Below are positions 13,593 to 27,205 of a DNA stretch of 64,000 nt, piece by piece. The position numbers and the translations under genes were made by a program. The first letter of the stretch is position 1, and every line of letters starts with the position of its first letter. Under the pieces are notes generated by a model. The model worked only from the letters and a program-made list of their open reading frames with translations. It ran no database searches and had not been told where the DNA came from. Origin of the DNA: Octopus bimaculoides (Eukaryota); NCBI RefSeq assembly GCF_001194135.2, contig NC_068990.1, forward strand, positions 30,146,432-30,210,431, read 5' to 3'.

Positions 13593-16500
13593 CACACACA
13601 TACACATATATATGTATGCCTGTATGTATATACATACATACATATATGTATATGTAATCTCACTTCACTCCTCCTTCTCCTCGAATTTCAAAAACAAACT
13701 TCCTCTCCTTTATTTACTCTCACCTTTCATTATCTCTTTCTTCTCCTCTATATGTCTCCCTTTCTCTCTCTCTCTCTCTCTGTCGTTCTCTTGCACCCTT
13801 CATCTTCCTCGTCGTTTCTCCATTCTTTCACCCACACCTTTCCTTATTTTCCCTCCTTTTATCTCCACTCGTCCTTTTCCCTCTCACTCATACCGTCACT
13901 CTGGTATGTACCTGCCTTCTGTTGGAACTCGTCTATTTCGTGGTGCCGCTGTGGAACCAGACTTTCGAGGTAATTTCAAACTACCTGCCTCTTTTCCCTT
14001 CTACCTGGTACCTTCCTTTTCACCTTCAACCTTCTGTCCTTTTTTTTTCTTCTATTCTATTTGGTCTTTTCGTTTTTGTTGTATTTCTCGTCACAGTCGG
14101 GTGGTTCCAACCGTAAAGAGTGAAGCAGACGAAAATAGTAAAGTAGCGGTGGTGGTGGAGGCCACTAGGATTCCTCCAAATACTAACAACACACCAGGCT
14201 CTAGTTACCCATCCATTCATTCTGGTGGGTAAATTCAGAAGAAGCCATGAGAAAAGGGAGGGGTCTCGTTGCCCTTACCCCCTACTCAATTATTACAAGT
14301 AATTATATGTATGGAGTGAGGTTTAAATGATTATAATCTTGTGGTAATAACGAAAGACAATGTCATTTAATCATGTCGTAGTAATATTGTTGCTTGATGT
14401 TTCAAGCCTGATCCACATTGTGTTCTTTAATTATTATTCAGGGCTCCTGTTCTGAGTTCAGATCCTGCGAGGTCAACTTTGTCTTTCATCTTTTGGGGTC
14501 GATAAACTGTAGCACCAATCAAATACTGGCCTTCCGCCAAAATTAGATTTATTATTCATCGCTGCTTTCGTCTAATGTTGATAATGGAGCTTGCCTACAC
14601 AAGTGTACGGCCCCCCCTCCCTCCGACTTTGTTTCCTCATAAGTTTCAGGAAGACGGATATATTTTTAAATGAAATCTTTCTACAACTGTAGAAATAAAG
14701 TCGACTCCTGTGAATTATCCGAAACTCCTCTCCCCGATGTCTTAAGAAATTTTTTCACATGAAATTCCGATATAATCATAATAATATGCCACCTGAAAGG
14801 TAGAAAGTTTCGTTTAAAAAATATCCATTTTTCTAATAAATTATCAGGAAACTAACTTGGTGGTGGTGGGGGCACACATGTACAGGTATACTGATGGTTG
14901 TTACATTTGAATGTTTTTTTGTGAGTGATTGAGCAGACCTTTATTCAAAGACGTTCCAGCCATGACCATCCTTTTCTCTACTTATAATGTATTTACAATA
15001 TTCTTTCTTTCTTTCCTTATTTTTATTTAAGATAGTACAGTATGATTAGATGGAGATTTGGGTGTTGTTTCTTGCAGATCAAGAAGCCATGTAAGAGACT
15101 TCCTTATAGACTCGTCGTGACTGAGGTTGAGGTGATCCCTCTCTGAATAGACCCCTATGATTAGAGGCATTCCAACTGTGACTACACCGAATATGTCTTG
15201 GAATGTTAATTATTTAATATGTTCCTTATGTAAGACGGTATAGTGTGAGCTGAGGGAAATTTAACTGTTGTTTCTAGCAGGTCGAGTGACTACGTAGAGC
15301 TTCTCTTGTCGATTGATATTGATAAAGGTTTTGGTGGTGTTACAATCGTGATGAAAATAGCAGGGTGGGATACACAAGGGTACTTTTCAGCTCACACAGA
15401 GAAGGGTGGCTTATAATGTGTAGTCAACCCTTCCCAACTTCAGCCTCTTAGACTTTAGCGTACCAGAAGTTGCTAAAACCCATAAACGTTATTAGTGTTG
15501 TCTGTGATTATTATTGTTTAACTCTAGGCTTATTCCTGGTTATTTCTGATGTAAATTATTAATGTTATTACATTTGCCTCACAAGTATAATAATACAAAT
15601 TTACAAAGGAAAAGAATGGAATTAGGGGACAAAAATATAAACAACGAAATTTTTGGGACAAAATATTCACAAATGAAAGCAACCAAGCAATTCTTTGTCC
15701 TTTTCTTCTCCATGGGGCAGTGATAGCAATTCCAAAAGTCTGCTCGTCAGAGTATGGAGAGGAGTGTCTTTATCTTTTACATGTTTCAGTCATTAAACTG
15801 TGGCCATGCTGGGGCACTGCCTTGAAGAGTATTTAATCAAATGAGTCAACCTTAATACTAATCTGTAAGTCTGGTACTTATTCTGTCAGTCTCTTTTGCT
15901 GAACTGCTAGGTAACAGGGACATAAACAAACTAACACTAGTTGTTAAGTGGTGGGAACTAACATAAAGACACATGCATATATACTAGACGTCTCAGAAAG
16001 ATTTACCGATGATTAAAAAAATTCTTGAAGATTCTTGGATAAATCAATCTTGTTTCTGATTGTGCACAATGGTTCATGGATATTTCAGATTTCAGTGTTT
16101 ATAGTTTTGTTTGTCTGGAATAAATTTGTCAACAAATATGACATCTCAAGATAAACATGATCAAATTGTTGCTTTAAAATCAGCAGGAAAATCTAACTGA
16201 TATTGTAGAACAAGCTCAATGTGTGTAGTAAGGCAGTGTGTAATATCTGGAAACATTACAGTCGATCTGGCATGCCATCCAGAAAGCCAATTCCAGGGTG
16301 CAAAAGAACTGGTTGCACCAAGCCTAGGATTGATACTGTGAGAAAGTGAGTTGACAGGAATATTCGTTAAAACATTGAAAAAAATGGCAAGAGAGCTTAA
16401 TATTTCAAAATTTTCAATGCACAAGATTGCTAAAGAGGATTTCAGGCTAAAGACATACAGAAAAAGCAAACCAGACAAGTAATTTCAGCAGCTTCAAAGA

Positions 16501-17449
16501 AAAAAATGGCTGGGAAGTGGGGGGGGGGGGACGTTAGCAGAGATGGACAGTGCCATAAACAAAGTCTTCATTTGAAGTGACAAGATCTTCACTGTGGAGA
16601 CTTGTTATGAACAAGCAGAATGACAGGTTGTACGGTATTGATGGTGAGGACTTGCCTGAAGGGAGCCAAACCCATTTTTGTCATCAGCTGGGGTTATGGT
16701 GTGGATTGCCATAGAGGCTGATGGATCCAAGTCTCCTTTGCTCTTCATTTACGAGAGTGTGAATGTGAATAGCACAGTTTACATCAAAATGTTAGAAGGA
16801 AACCTGTTGCCATGGTTAAATGAAACATTTTGAAACAGATCTGACGTTACTCAGGACAGTGCCCTAGTCCACACCTCGAATGTTATGCGAAAATGGTGCA
16901 GAGAGCATTTCTGCTGTTTTGGGGAGAAAAACTTTTGTCCTCCCTCAAACCCAGGCATCAATCCAATGGACTTTCCTGTCTGGTCTATCTGAGAGAGAGA
17001 GAGAGAGAGAGAGAGAGATGTCTCAACTATCTCATACTCAAGTGTGGTGGATCTGAAAGAAGTCCTTCTTACTTGCATGGAGTAAATATGATGAAGAAGT
17101 GGTGCAGTGCTGTTGCAGTTCAGTAAAGCACTTGTTTGCAGGCCATGATTGAAGCAGGAGGTGGTCATTTTGAAATCATAGTTCTTATAATCTAGAAAGT
17201 TTGATTGTTCTCTCTTGTACATGTTATGAGTAATTACAAAAAATATCACAGGTAAATCTTTCTGGGACACCCAGTATACATACATGCGTGTATATAACAA
17301 TTTGAAAATCCTACACGATTAGGTGAAAAGCGCTTTATTTAATTTATAAAACATGTGACATTAATAAAAATCTGTAAATGTACAAACATCCAGATTTCTG
17401 AGTACCTTAATTTTTTTCTATATAATTTCTGTACATCACCTCCAAACCT

Positions 17450-17510
<61 letters not shown>

Positions 17511-19769
17511 GGACTTCCACACAGTTTCTGTCAACCAGATTCACTCACAGGGCATTTGTTGACCCAGGGCTATAGTAGAAGACAGTCAAAGGTGCTGTGC
17601 AGTGAGACTGACCCCCAAATCCACAAAGTTGCAAAGCAAGCTTCAAAAGCACACACCCATAGCAGCACCCGTTTATGTAAATATTTACCAGTTTTAAGAG
17701 ATAGCAGCCGGTCACCTGGATCATCTCTTCTATCTTTATCTTTTGTTTTGGTCATTAGACTGTGGCAAAGCTTGGGCACTGTCTTGAAGAGCTTTCAGTC
17801 AAGTGCATTGACCCCAGTACTTATTTTTTTAAAGACTGGCACTTATTCTACCAGTCTCTTTTGCTGAACCACTAAGTTATGGGAATGTAAACTCTAACAC
17901 TGGTTGTCAAGTGGTGGTGGGGCTCAGCCACACACACACACACACACACACACATGCATGCAAGCGTGCGCACAATTGGTTTCCTTCAATTTCTGTCTCC
18001 TAAATCCACTCACAAGGCTTTGGTTGGCCCAAAGCTAGAGTAGATGACATTTGCTCCCGGTTCCACACAGTGGGACTGAACCTGGCACCATGTGGTTGTG
18101 AAGCAAACTTCTTACCACACACCCATACCTGTACCATATGTTTACCGTTTCTGCTTTGTAGCCATCCTGCCTTTATTATGTCACCATGTTGTCCTCAAAT
18201 ATTTGTATGTTTAAAGTATGTGGTTTTATTTTTGAAAGAGAGAAGGGTGTTTGTTGAAAGTATTGTACCTGCTCCACTGATGGTCTGATGTATTATCAAT
18301 GGTATTGAGGGTCACATTCCACTCTTTGTTGTTGTTGTTGTTGTTGTTGAGGGGGATGTAAAATAATACACTGTTATAGTTTAGTATCCAAGTCAATCCT
18401 GATCTAGCAGACCGATGGTTGTTGTTGTTGTTGTTGTTGGAGATGGTGGTGATGGTTAACGTTGTCATCGTTGTTGCAGACTGGTCTTATCTTTGTGTGC
18501 ATCCTTGACATTTAATCTTGTTCTACTGCTTGTTTCACCCCATTCCATATCAGTCAGCTGATAATGATTAATGATTGGCTATACATGAAGAGAGAGTGAA
18601 TTCAGGAAGGGGATTGACAAATGTGGGAGACTGTATGTATATTGAATATGGGTGGATGGAGGGAACCCACAATGAGGAAACCTTGCTACTGGTTGTAAGG
18701 GAAAAGGGTCTACTGAAAGCAAGAGAAAAGGAGAAAGCAAAACAAGAAAGACATAAAGAAACACTACTTGACAAGGAGTTACACAAACGGCTTCCCATGT
18801 GGCCACAGCTAAAGTTGCTGTAGAACACAGAAGTTGTTATGCGAGACCAAGCTTTGGTCACAAATTGGAGGGTCAGTCTTAGAAATGAGCAAGTGTCTCG
18901 ATTGTGAGAAATTTGTAATGAATTTGATGAAACTATTAGTTTTACATTATTTACATTTGACGGATATTTGTCCTCATCTTGTTTTTTTTTTTTGTTTTCT
19001 GTAGCTACCATCACTTATAAGACTTGACAATTTTTCTGTCAAATGTAAATTTAAATAATGTAAATAATGTACATAATTCCTCATCTCTTAAATATAGAAC
19101 TGTACTATTGGCTGTATTGTAAATGAATACGACCTCGAACCACAAAAAGTATCTGAGTTGGAGAGTTGGGCTGTAGAGCACACTGTGACAGTGTGACGTA
19201 TAACAACATCTGATAGTCTGGTCACTCATGTTATCACGTCTGGCCAATCATGTTATCACATACATACCTCCACACACACACGCACTGCTTTGCATATTGA
19301 GTTTGCTTTCTCCCATTTGTAAAGCAAACAGACTTCACCTTTGTTTCTAACATGGAGTTACAAATTATTCGGTTAAACGAGACGAGCTTTGGTTGTTAAA
19401 CACTTACTTTGATTATACAGTTTAAATAAGAGTTTAAAAAGAAAAAAAAAAAGCAAAGCGGAAACAATAGAATGCTTAAAAGAAAAGTTAATTGTGTGTT
19501 CGTTGAAAAAAATGTTTTAATGAACTCTGACAGGAATGATTCACTTTGGAAACCAACCTGAATTGAATTGGTTTACCATTTCTGTATTTTAGTCGCTGAT
19601 CTAACTGTGAAATGTTCTTTCAAGTATTTATTGAATGTCACTTGCACTATTTTCTTAATTGTCTGCACCTGAATGAAATCAAAGTGTGTATTTAAAGAAA
19701 TTAAATCAAGGTATTTATTAATGTCCTACACAACAGCTCTAAATAATAATAATAATAATAATAATAATG

Positions 19770-19802
<33 letters not shown>

Positions 19803-20271
19803 GTTTCAGATTTTAGCACAAGGCCAGCAATTTTCGAAGGAGTGGGTAATTTGATTAGATTGACTCCAGTGCTCAACTGGTACTTATTTTGTCGACCCCC
19901 ACCACCCAAAATGAATGGATGAAAAGCAGTCAACCTTGAAGGTGTTTTGAAAATATCTCAGAGTGACAACCATACTCTGCATACTCTTGGGCTGCCTTTT
20001 GTCAAGGCAGGGTGTCTGTTCAGCCACCCTGCCAAAGATGTAGAGAAGTCAGGGGACTGCACATGGTGGATTGTGAAGAGTTAGTGAAAAAGCTCTTTTG
20101 TTATTATTTCAGTTTGTTTTCTCTCTCCCTTCAACCTTTTATATTTGCAAGCAATAGTAAACAACCCAGATTTGCCAAGCTTCTTTTGAGAAGGTAACAA
20201 CTTGATCTGGCTTGTTACCAGTTGTACATCTGTGACATTTTGCACATATCACCACCTTAATAATAATGATC

Positions 20272-20318
<47 letters not shown>

Positions 20319-23300
20319 CTTTTCTACTATAGGCACAAGGCCTGAAATTTTGGGGGAGAGGATAAGCTGATTACATCAATTCCAACACTCAACTGGTACT
20401 TATTTTATCGACCCTGAAAGGATGAAAGGCAGAGTTGACCTTGGCAGAATTTGAACTCAGAACCTAAGGATGGATGAAATACTGCTGAGCAGTTTGCCCA
20501 GTGTGTTAATGGTTCTGCCAGCTTGCTACCTTTCAGATGATAAATATTAATTTGATAATTAGTATTCATTCCATTATTTTGTGTAAGTGCCAAGAAATTT
20601 GATAAACATTAGATTATAATTACTGTATGTATGCCATAGTGGAGGCGCAATGGCCCAGTGGTTAGGGCAGCAGACTCGCAGTCGTAGGATCGCGGTTTCA
20701 ATTCCCAGACCAGGTGTTGTGAGTGTTCATTGAGTGAAAACACCTAAAGCTCCATGAGGCTCTGGCAGGGGATGGTGGCGAACCCTGCTGTACTCTTTCA
20801 CTACAACTTTCTCTCATCCTTTCTTCCTGTTTCTGTTGTACCTGTATTTCAAAGGGCCAGCCTTGTCACACTGTGTCACACTGAATCTCCCCGTGAACTA
20901 CATTAATGCTCAACCACTTGCACGTTAATTTCACAAGCAGGCTGTTCCATTGATTGGATCAACTGGAACCCTCATTGTCGTAACCAACAGAGTGCCACAT
21001 ATGTATGCCATATTTCCTGATATTACACTTGATGGCAAAAAATATACTTCCAAAGTTACCTGTGGCATAGTTTGTGATATTACCCAGGGTAACAAAAATA
21101 CTTCTAACATTACCTCTCCTTATGACAGGTAACACTTTAGACATATTTTAATGACCAGCAATGAACTTGTCGCTTGACTTTACATCATCCCTGACAGAAT
21201 AAGCTCTGCAATCAAAGGCATTTTGTGATCCATTTATATTTCTGGCAGTGAACCTTATTATCTTTTGTTTAAGACAGAAGAGTGTAATTTAATGGAATTT
21301 TGGCTATTATTTCTAACATGTACAGTGACACATTTCATAATGACTTCGAATTTTGACACAAAGCCAGCAATTTCGATGGAGTGGGTAAGTCGATTCCATC
21401 AACCCCAGTGCCATTCGAGCATGGTTGATGCACCATTTGAGCATGGTTGATGCCAGCGCCGCCTGACTAGTCCTATGCCAGTGGCACATAAAATACACCA
21501 TCCAAGCATGATCGTTGCCAGATCTGCCTGACTGGCTCCTGTGCCGGTGGCATGTAAAAAGCACCATTCAAACGTGGTCGTTGCCACTACCACCTGACTG
21601 GCCCTCATGCCAGTGGCACGTAAAAAGCACCCAATACACTCTCAGAGTGGTTGGCATTAGGAAGGGCATACAGCTGTAGAAACCTTGCCAGATCAGATTG
21701 GAGCCTGGTGCAGCCTTCTGGCTCAGTCAAACCATCCAACACATGCCAGCATGGAAAGTGGATGTTAAACGACGACGACGATGATTATTATTATTATTAT
21801 TAGTTGTCGTTGTAGTAGTAGTAGTATCAAAGAGCAATATTGTCCCTGCTACTTAAACAAGTGTTTGTTAGTGGATGGCTTACTGGGTGATGACATTCAA
21901 TTATCCATGCAACAAGTGCACCAACCTGCACTTTATGCTCCAATTAAACCCGCATGGTGTTCCAAATAAAACAAGCTGAACGAGAGAATTTATGTTCCGC
22001 CTGTTTTTGTTGTTGTTTAAAAATTCGTCTTGAATAAATAATTGCGGTGACAAAAAAAAAAAAAAAAAAATAGATTACTTGTGGAGCCACCTGAACATAT
22101 AATCTTTACAATTTATGAACAGAAGATTAACAACAGTAACAGCTTTAGAAAGTGTTGTAGTAAGAGTTAGGACAGAAGAGAGCAGGTGTCTTAGTGGTTA
22201 GGATCTTGCAGTCAAAGAAAGTGGGACAGATTTTGTTCTGGTAAAAAGAAGTTTCAATGGATATGCTAAGGGTATTTGACCTCAGAAATCCTGGGTCACT
22301 GGGAGGTTATAGGTGGGATTTTAACAAACATAGGACCTAGTGTTTCCATTTGTAGTGCTATAAGCTGCAGGAGTGGCTGTGTGGTAAGAAGCTTGCTTCC
22401 CAACCATATGGTTCTGGGTCAGTCCCACTGTGTGGCACCTTGGGTGAGTGTCTTCTACTATAGCCTCGGGTTGACCAAAGCCTTGTGAGTGGATTTGGTA
22501 CTCAGAAACTGAAAGAAGCCTGTTGTATATTTATATATGAATGTATTTGTGNNNNNNNNNNGCCATCACTTGACAACCACTGTTGGTGTGTTTATGTCCC
22601 CGTAACTTAGCGGGTCTGCAAAAGAGAACAATAGAATAAGTACTAGGCTTACAAAGAACTTGTTCAACTAAAGGCGGTGTCCCTACTCTTCCCCATGTTA
22701 TTTTAACCCTCCCCTTATCATCTTAAATCTTTTTGTGATTGTATGACAAATATATCTCTTTCCTGTCCAGCCATTTTAAACCTTTCTTTGTCCTTCTTGC
22801 ACCCTTGGCATCTCACCATTTGCACCACCCTTTTGGCCTGGACATCCCTATTCTTATCAAACGAATCCTCAACTTCTCTATTTTCTCTCATTTTCTCACT
22901 CTCAGACTCAGAACCAAAACCACTAAATCTATATCCTACAATCCTCAGTTGCGTTGGCAAACAGACTTTACTGTATGTCACTGTTACTTCATATTTCTCA
23001 CTCAAAGATTTAAAACTTGTTTTTCTCTTTACGAGACCAGCGACTGTGTGTGTTGCTTGAAAAGTATATACTGTGAGCAAGAGTGAGTGACTGCTATCTC
23101 TAGCCGATGGTTGTCCTCTACCGAGAAAGGGAAAATGCCCAGAAACCATTGGTCTACAGGTATCGCTATGGCTAGAAAGGGGGCAATAGGCTTCCTTCCA
23201 GTATACAGACACAGACCATGTCTTGGTAGCCAGCTGGAAAAGATGTTTTCCTGGGGCTAAAAAGTAGTAACATCGTCCTGCATAGAATTGCCACACTGAA

Positions 23301-26300
23301 TCGGTAAATAGACTTTACTGTTTGGTATTGTTACTACATATTTCTTGCTCAGAGATTTAAAACTTGTTTTTCTTTTTAGTTTTCCCAAAATTATATTGAT
23401 TTTTTTTTTTTGCTTAACGCAGTTGACATTTCCATTTCTTTGGAAGAAATATGTCAAGGAAGCCATATTTGGAATCTTTAACATAGAATCTTCAGTTAAG
23501 CATTTGTAGGTTCGGTAAACCAGTTGTTAAGACTTTGATCGTTAGGTGAATCAGTCATAAAATTTTTTACTGCTCATTACTCTGTGTGTGTTTGTGTGTG
23601 TGTTAATGCATGTATTGTAATAGCTTCCGACAGATTGTTTGAAAATAGAGTTTGTCACAAAAAAATAATTGACATGTTTATTTCTTATCACCACAACACA
23701 CACACACACCACACAATCTTTAATTACGTCTTTAATTACATTTTCCAATATAATACGTCTTTATATTTTCACTTATATACATGATTACTTATACACATAC
23801 ATTGACATATACACTCAAATTCACATGAAATACATACATACATACATACATATATATATATATATNNNNNNNNNNNNNNNNNNNNNNNNNNNNNNNNNNN
23901 NNNNNNNNNNNNNNNNNNNNNNNNNNNNNNNNNNNNNNNNNNNNNNNNNNNNNNNNNNNNNNNNNNNNNNNNNNNNNNNNNNNNNNNNNNNNNNNNNNNN
24001 NNNNNNNNNNNNNNNNNNNNNNNNNNNNNNNNNNNNNNNNNNNNNNNNNNNNNNNNNNNNNNNNNNNNNNNNNNNNNNNNNNNNNNNNNNNNNNNNNNNN
24101 NNNNNNNNNNNNNNNNNNNNNNNNNNNNNNNNNNNNNNNNNNNNNNNNNNNNNNNNNNNNNNNNNNNNNNNNNNNNNNNNNNNNNNNNNNNNNNNNNNNN
24201 NNNNNNNNNNNNNNNNNNNNNNNNNNNNNNNNNNNNNNNNNNNNNNNNNNNNNNNNNNNNNNNNNNNNNNNNNNNNNNNNNNNNNNNNNNNNNNNNNNNN
24301 NNNNNNNNNNNNNNNNNNNNNNNNNNNNNNNNNNNNNNNNNNNNNNNNNNNNNNNNNNNNNNNNNNNNNNNNNNNNNNNNNNNNNNNNNNNNNNNNNNNN
24401 NNNNNNNNNNNNNNNNNNNNNNNNNNNNNNNNNNNNNNNNNNNNNNNNNNNNNNNNNNNNNNNNNNNNNNNNNNNNNNNNNNNNNNNNNNNNNNNNNNNN
24501 NNNNNNNNNNNNNNNNNNNNNNNNNNNNNNNNNNNNNNNNNNNNNNNNNNNNNNNNNNNNNNGGGAGGGGGACACCATTAACAATGTAATCAGTTGTCTA
24601 ATTTTAGTATTTTATCTTCTTTTTCTACAAGTGGAGTTCATTGCTTCTTTGATAAGAATCAGGTAGGAATTTCATTTAGGCTATACCCTCTATACCGGGA
24701 ACTTGGCATGATAGGGTTAATGGCTGTATCCCTTTTTAATTCTACCAAGACAATATCACATGACCACTGCAAGGCCCATCCCTTCCCTCCCCAAATGGAG
24801 ATAACCTTATGCTCTTTTACCTTAGATCTCATAAGAGTCCTCTCATCTCCTCCAGCCTGACAATAAAAGCAATCCATTCAGGAAACTCTGCCGTCCAAAG
24901 CCAACAATTTATATAGGATGGCTCTAGTTGCATGAGTGACGTGGAAATCTTGCCCTCCACTACGGAGAAGATAATCCATCTTACACACACGCACCTTATC
25001 TTTTGACAATTAAGGTTTAGCTGCCGGCACAATGACCTCCTCTTAGCAGCTAATTAGTAGTTTTAATTTAGAGTTTTAATTAGTAGGTTTAATTGACAGT
25101 TACTATGCTGCTATAACTATTGATTGAATTATACACACACACACACACACACACACACATTCAGTAAGTAAGAGCTAAATAAACTCAGTATAGAAAACAC
25201 ATAACAGTGCTCAAACGAATTAAAAATTCAATTTTGACTTCTTTATCAAAGGCAAGGCTCACAGCATCAACAAGGGCTAAAAGAGAAATCCAAATTGAGC
25301 TGATATGGAGATAGTAATGAAGATAAATACAAATTAGGCTTCATATATATATATTTAGATGGAGCAGATAAAAATACAGAACAATGAAAAAGGACAAAAT
25401 ATATATTTAAAGAAATTACATAATGTCTTCTTTTGACAACTCTTTCAGGAAGTTAAGAGTTATATAAAAATCATAATTTGCTGGTGATATGTGCAAAATG
25501 TCACAGATGTACAACTGGTAACAAGCCAGATCAAGTTGTTACCTTCTCAAAAGAAGCTTGGCAAATCTGAGTTGTTTACTATTGCTTGCAAATATAAAAG
25601 GTTGAAGGGAGAGAGAAAACAAACTGAAATAGTGACAAGAGAGCTCTTTCACTAACTCTTCACAATCCACCATGCTGCAGTCCCCTGACTTCTCTACATC
25701 TTTGGCAGGGTGACTGAACAGACACCCTGCCTTGACAAAAGGCAGCCCATGAGTATGCAGGGTATGGTTGTCACTCTGAGATATTTTCAAAACACCTTCA
25801 TACCCCCAACTTATTGAATAAGAAGGCATTATTGTGTTGTAAAATTGCAAGGGATTCCTGGCAAACACAATTTACACATGCGACGATTAGTATAATACGA
25901 GGTACCTCTACAAACTATGGACTAGAATAAGGTATGCGCTAGGACATGAGGTGTATATAGGTAGCTAGAGAAGTTGAAAGCCTAGAGGACTTATTTGAGA
26001 ATGTACTTAGGGGGACAAGGTAGCAATGCTTGAAACCTTTTATGTGGGAACATGGAGTCTTGACCAGACATATACCATGTGGTTAATAAATGATTTGCAA
26101 TATTATATCAAAATAATACATCATTACTCAATAGGTCCTTTGATGTAATCTTTTCTTGGTATCATAAGTTTTATAGCACATTTGCTCATTATGTAAAATC
26201 ATTATAATTTTCCCTTCATGACAAAACCTTTTTACTGATATGTTGATATCAAATTATCATAATTTATCCTCATAGCAAACATACTTTTTTTCTCCTCATG

Positions 26301-27160
26301 CTTTCCTCTCCTACTACCCCTACTCTTTTATCTTAATGCTTTCCTCTCCTCACCTGTTTGTCTAGACCTCTGGTCTTCTCAGCTGCTTTTTATCTTATCT
26401 TCTCCCTGTTCTTTTTACCTTGTGTCTTTGGGGCTGTTCTTCTTCCTCTTATCATGTCTCTTAACTTCCCCTTCTTCTCATTATTTTGGTCTGCTCCCTC
26501 TCTTCCTTCAACCTTATATGATAGCAAGCAATACTAAACAACTCACTTTTGCCAATCTTCTCTTGAAAAGGGCAACTGGACTTATGTTAACTTCATCCTA
26601 TGACTTTTTGTATATATCACCAGCAAATTTTGATTATTACATAAGTCTTGGCTTCTTGAAACAGCTGTCAATATAAGACCTTACAGAGCTGACTCGCTCC
26701 ACGACAAAATACAGTGAATGGCTTTGTTATGGGTTCAAATATATCTCATGCTTATTTAAACTGGTAACAAGTTTGTATTTATACACAAAACTGTTTAGTG
26801 CTGACACCCTGTATTCTACAAATATTTTCATTCTTTCTTTAGAAAAACATGATTTTAATTCCAAATCAATGCAAGACAATACTGAATGGCCTTCAGAAAA
26901 CCTTTCAAAAATGTAAGTAAATTCAATTTTTATAGTATTAAATATATATTTGTGTTTGTTTTTATTTATTTAATTTTTTTATATAAGCTCAGGTGTAATA
27001 TGAATTCTTGCAATATTACTACAGGACTGGCATGAAGTTTAGAAGAAGAGAGAAGGTGTTAGATAGAAAGACAGACAGATAGATATATCTGGCATGAATC
27101 ATTGAACATATGACATCTGTGTGGTGAAAGTACTTAATTTTGATACTCATAACAAAATAA

Positions 27161-27205
<45 letters not shown>

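Larger units (their letters stand above)
19937..25800. repeat. Inverted duplication of about 320 bp (19937-20254 versus 25482-25800)
   Basis: Near-identical reverse complements; track ORFs 20012+ and 25539- share MVDCEELVK...FAKLLLRR. A diverged third copy is at about 26490-26680(+). Confidence 0.9.

Noticed and set aside
12612-14232. Long ORFs of 230-450 aa in the track (also 23669-24589, 28533-28848, 35050-35518, 56266-56664)
   Set aside because: They are open only because of N runs and dinucleotide repeats.
16161-17300. Minus-strand ORFs of 105 and 149 aa
   Set aside because: They are antisense shadows of the decayed DD37D transposase.
20638-20710. tRNA gene (also 31397-31460 and 8240-8315)
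   Set aside because: A and B boxes are present but there is no complete cloverleaf or acceptor stem, and each continues into a repeated SINE body.
22718-23380. 192-aa minus-strand ORF, with 70-bp direct repeats at about 22960 and 23306
   Set aside because: No recognisable domain or splice context. It is probably an old LINE remnant with a local duplication and cannot be classified by eye.
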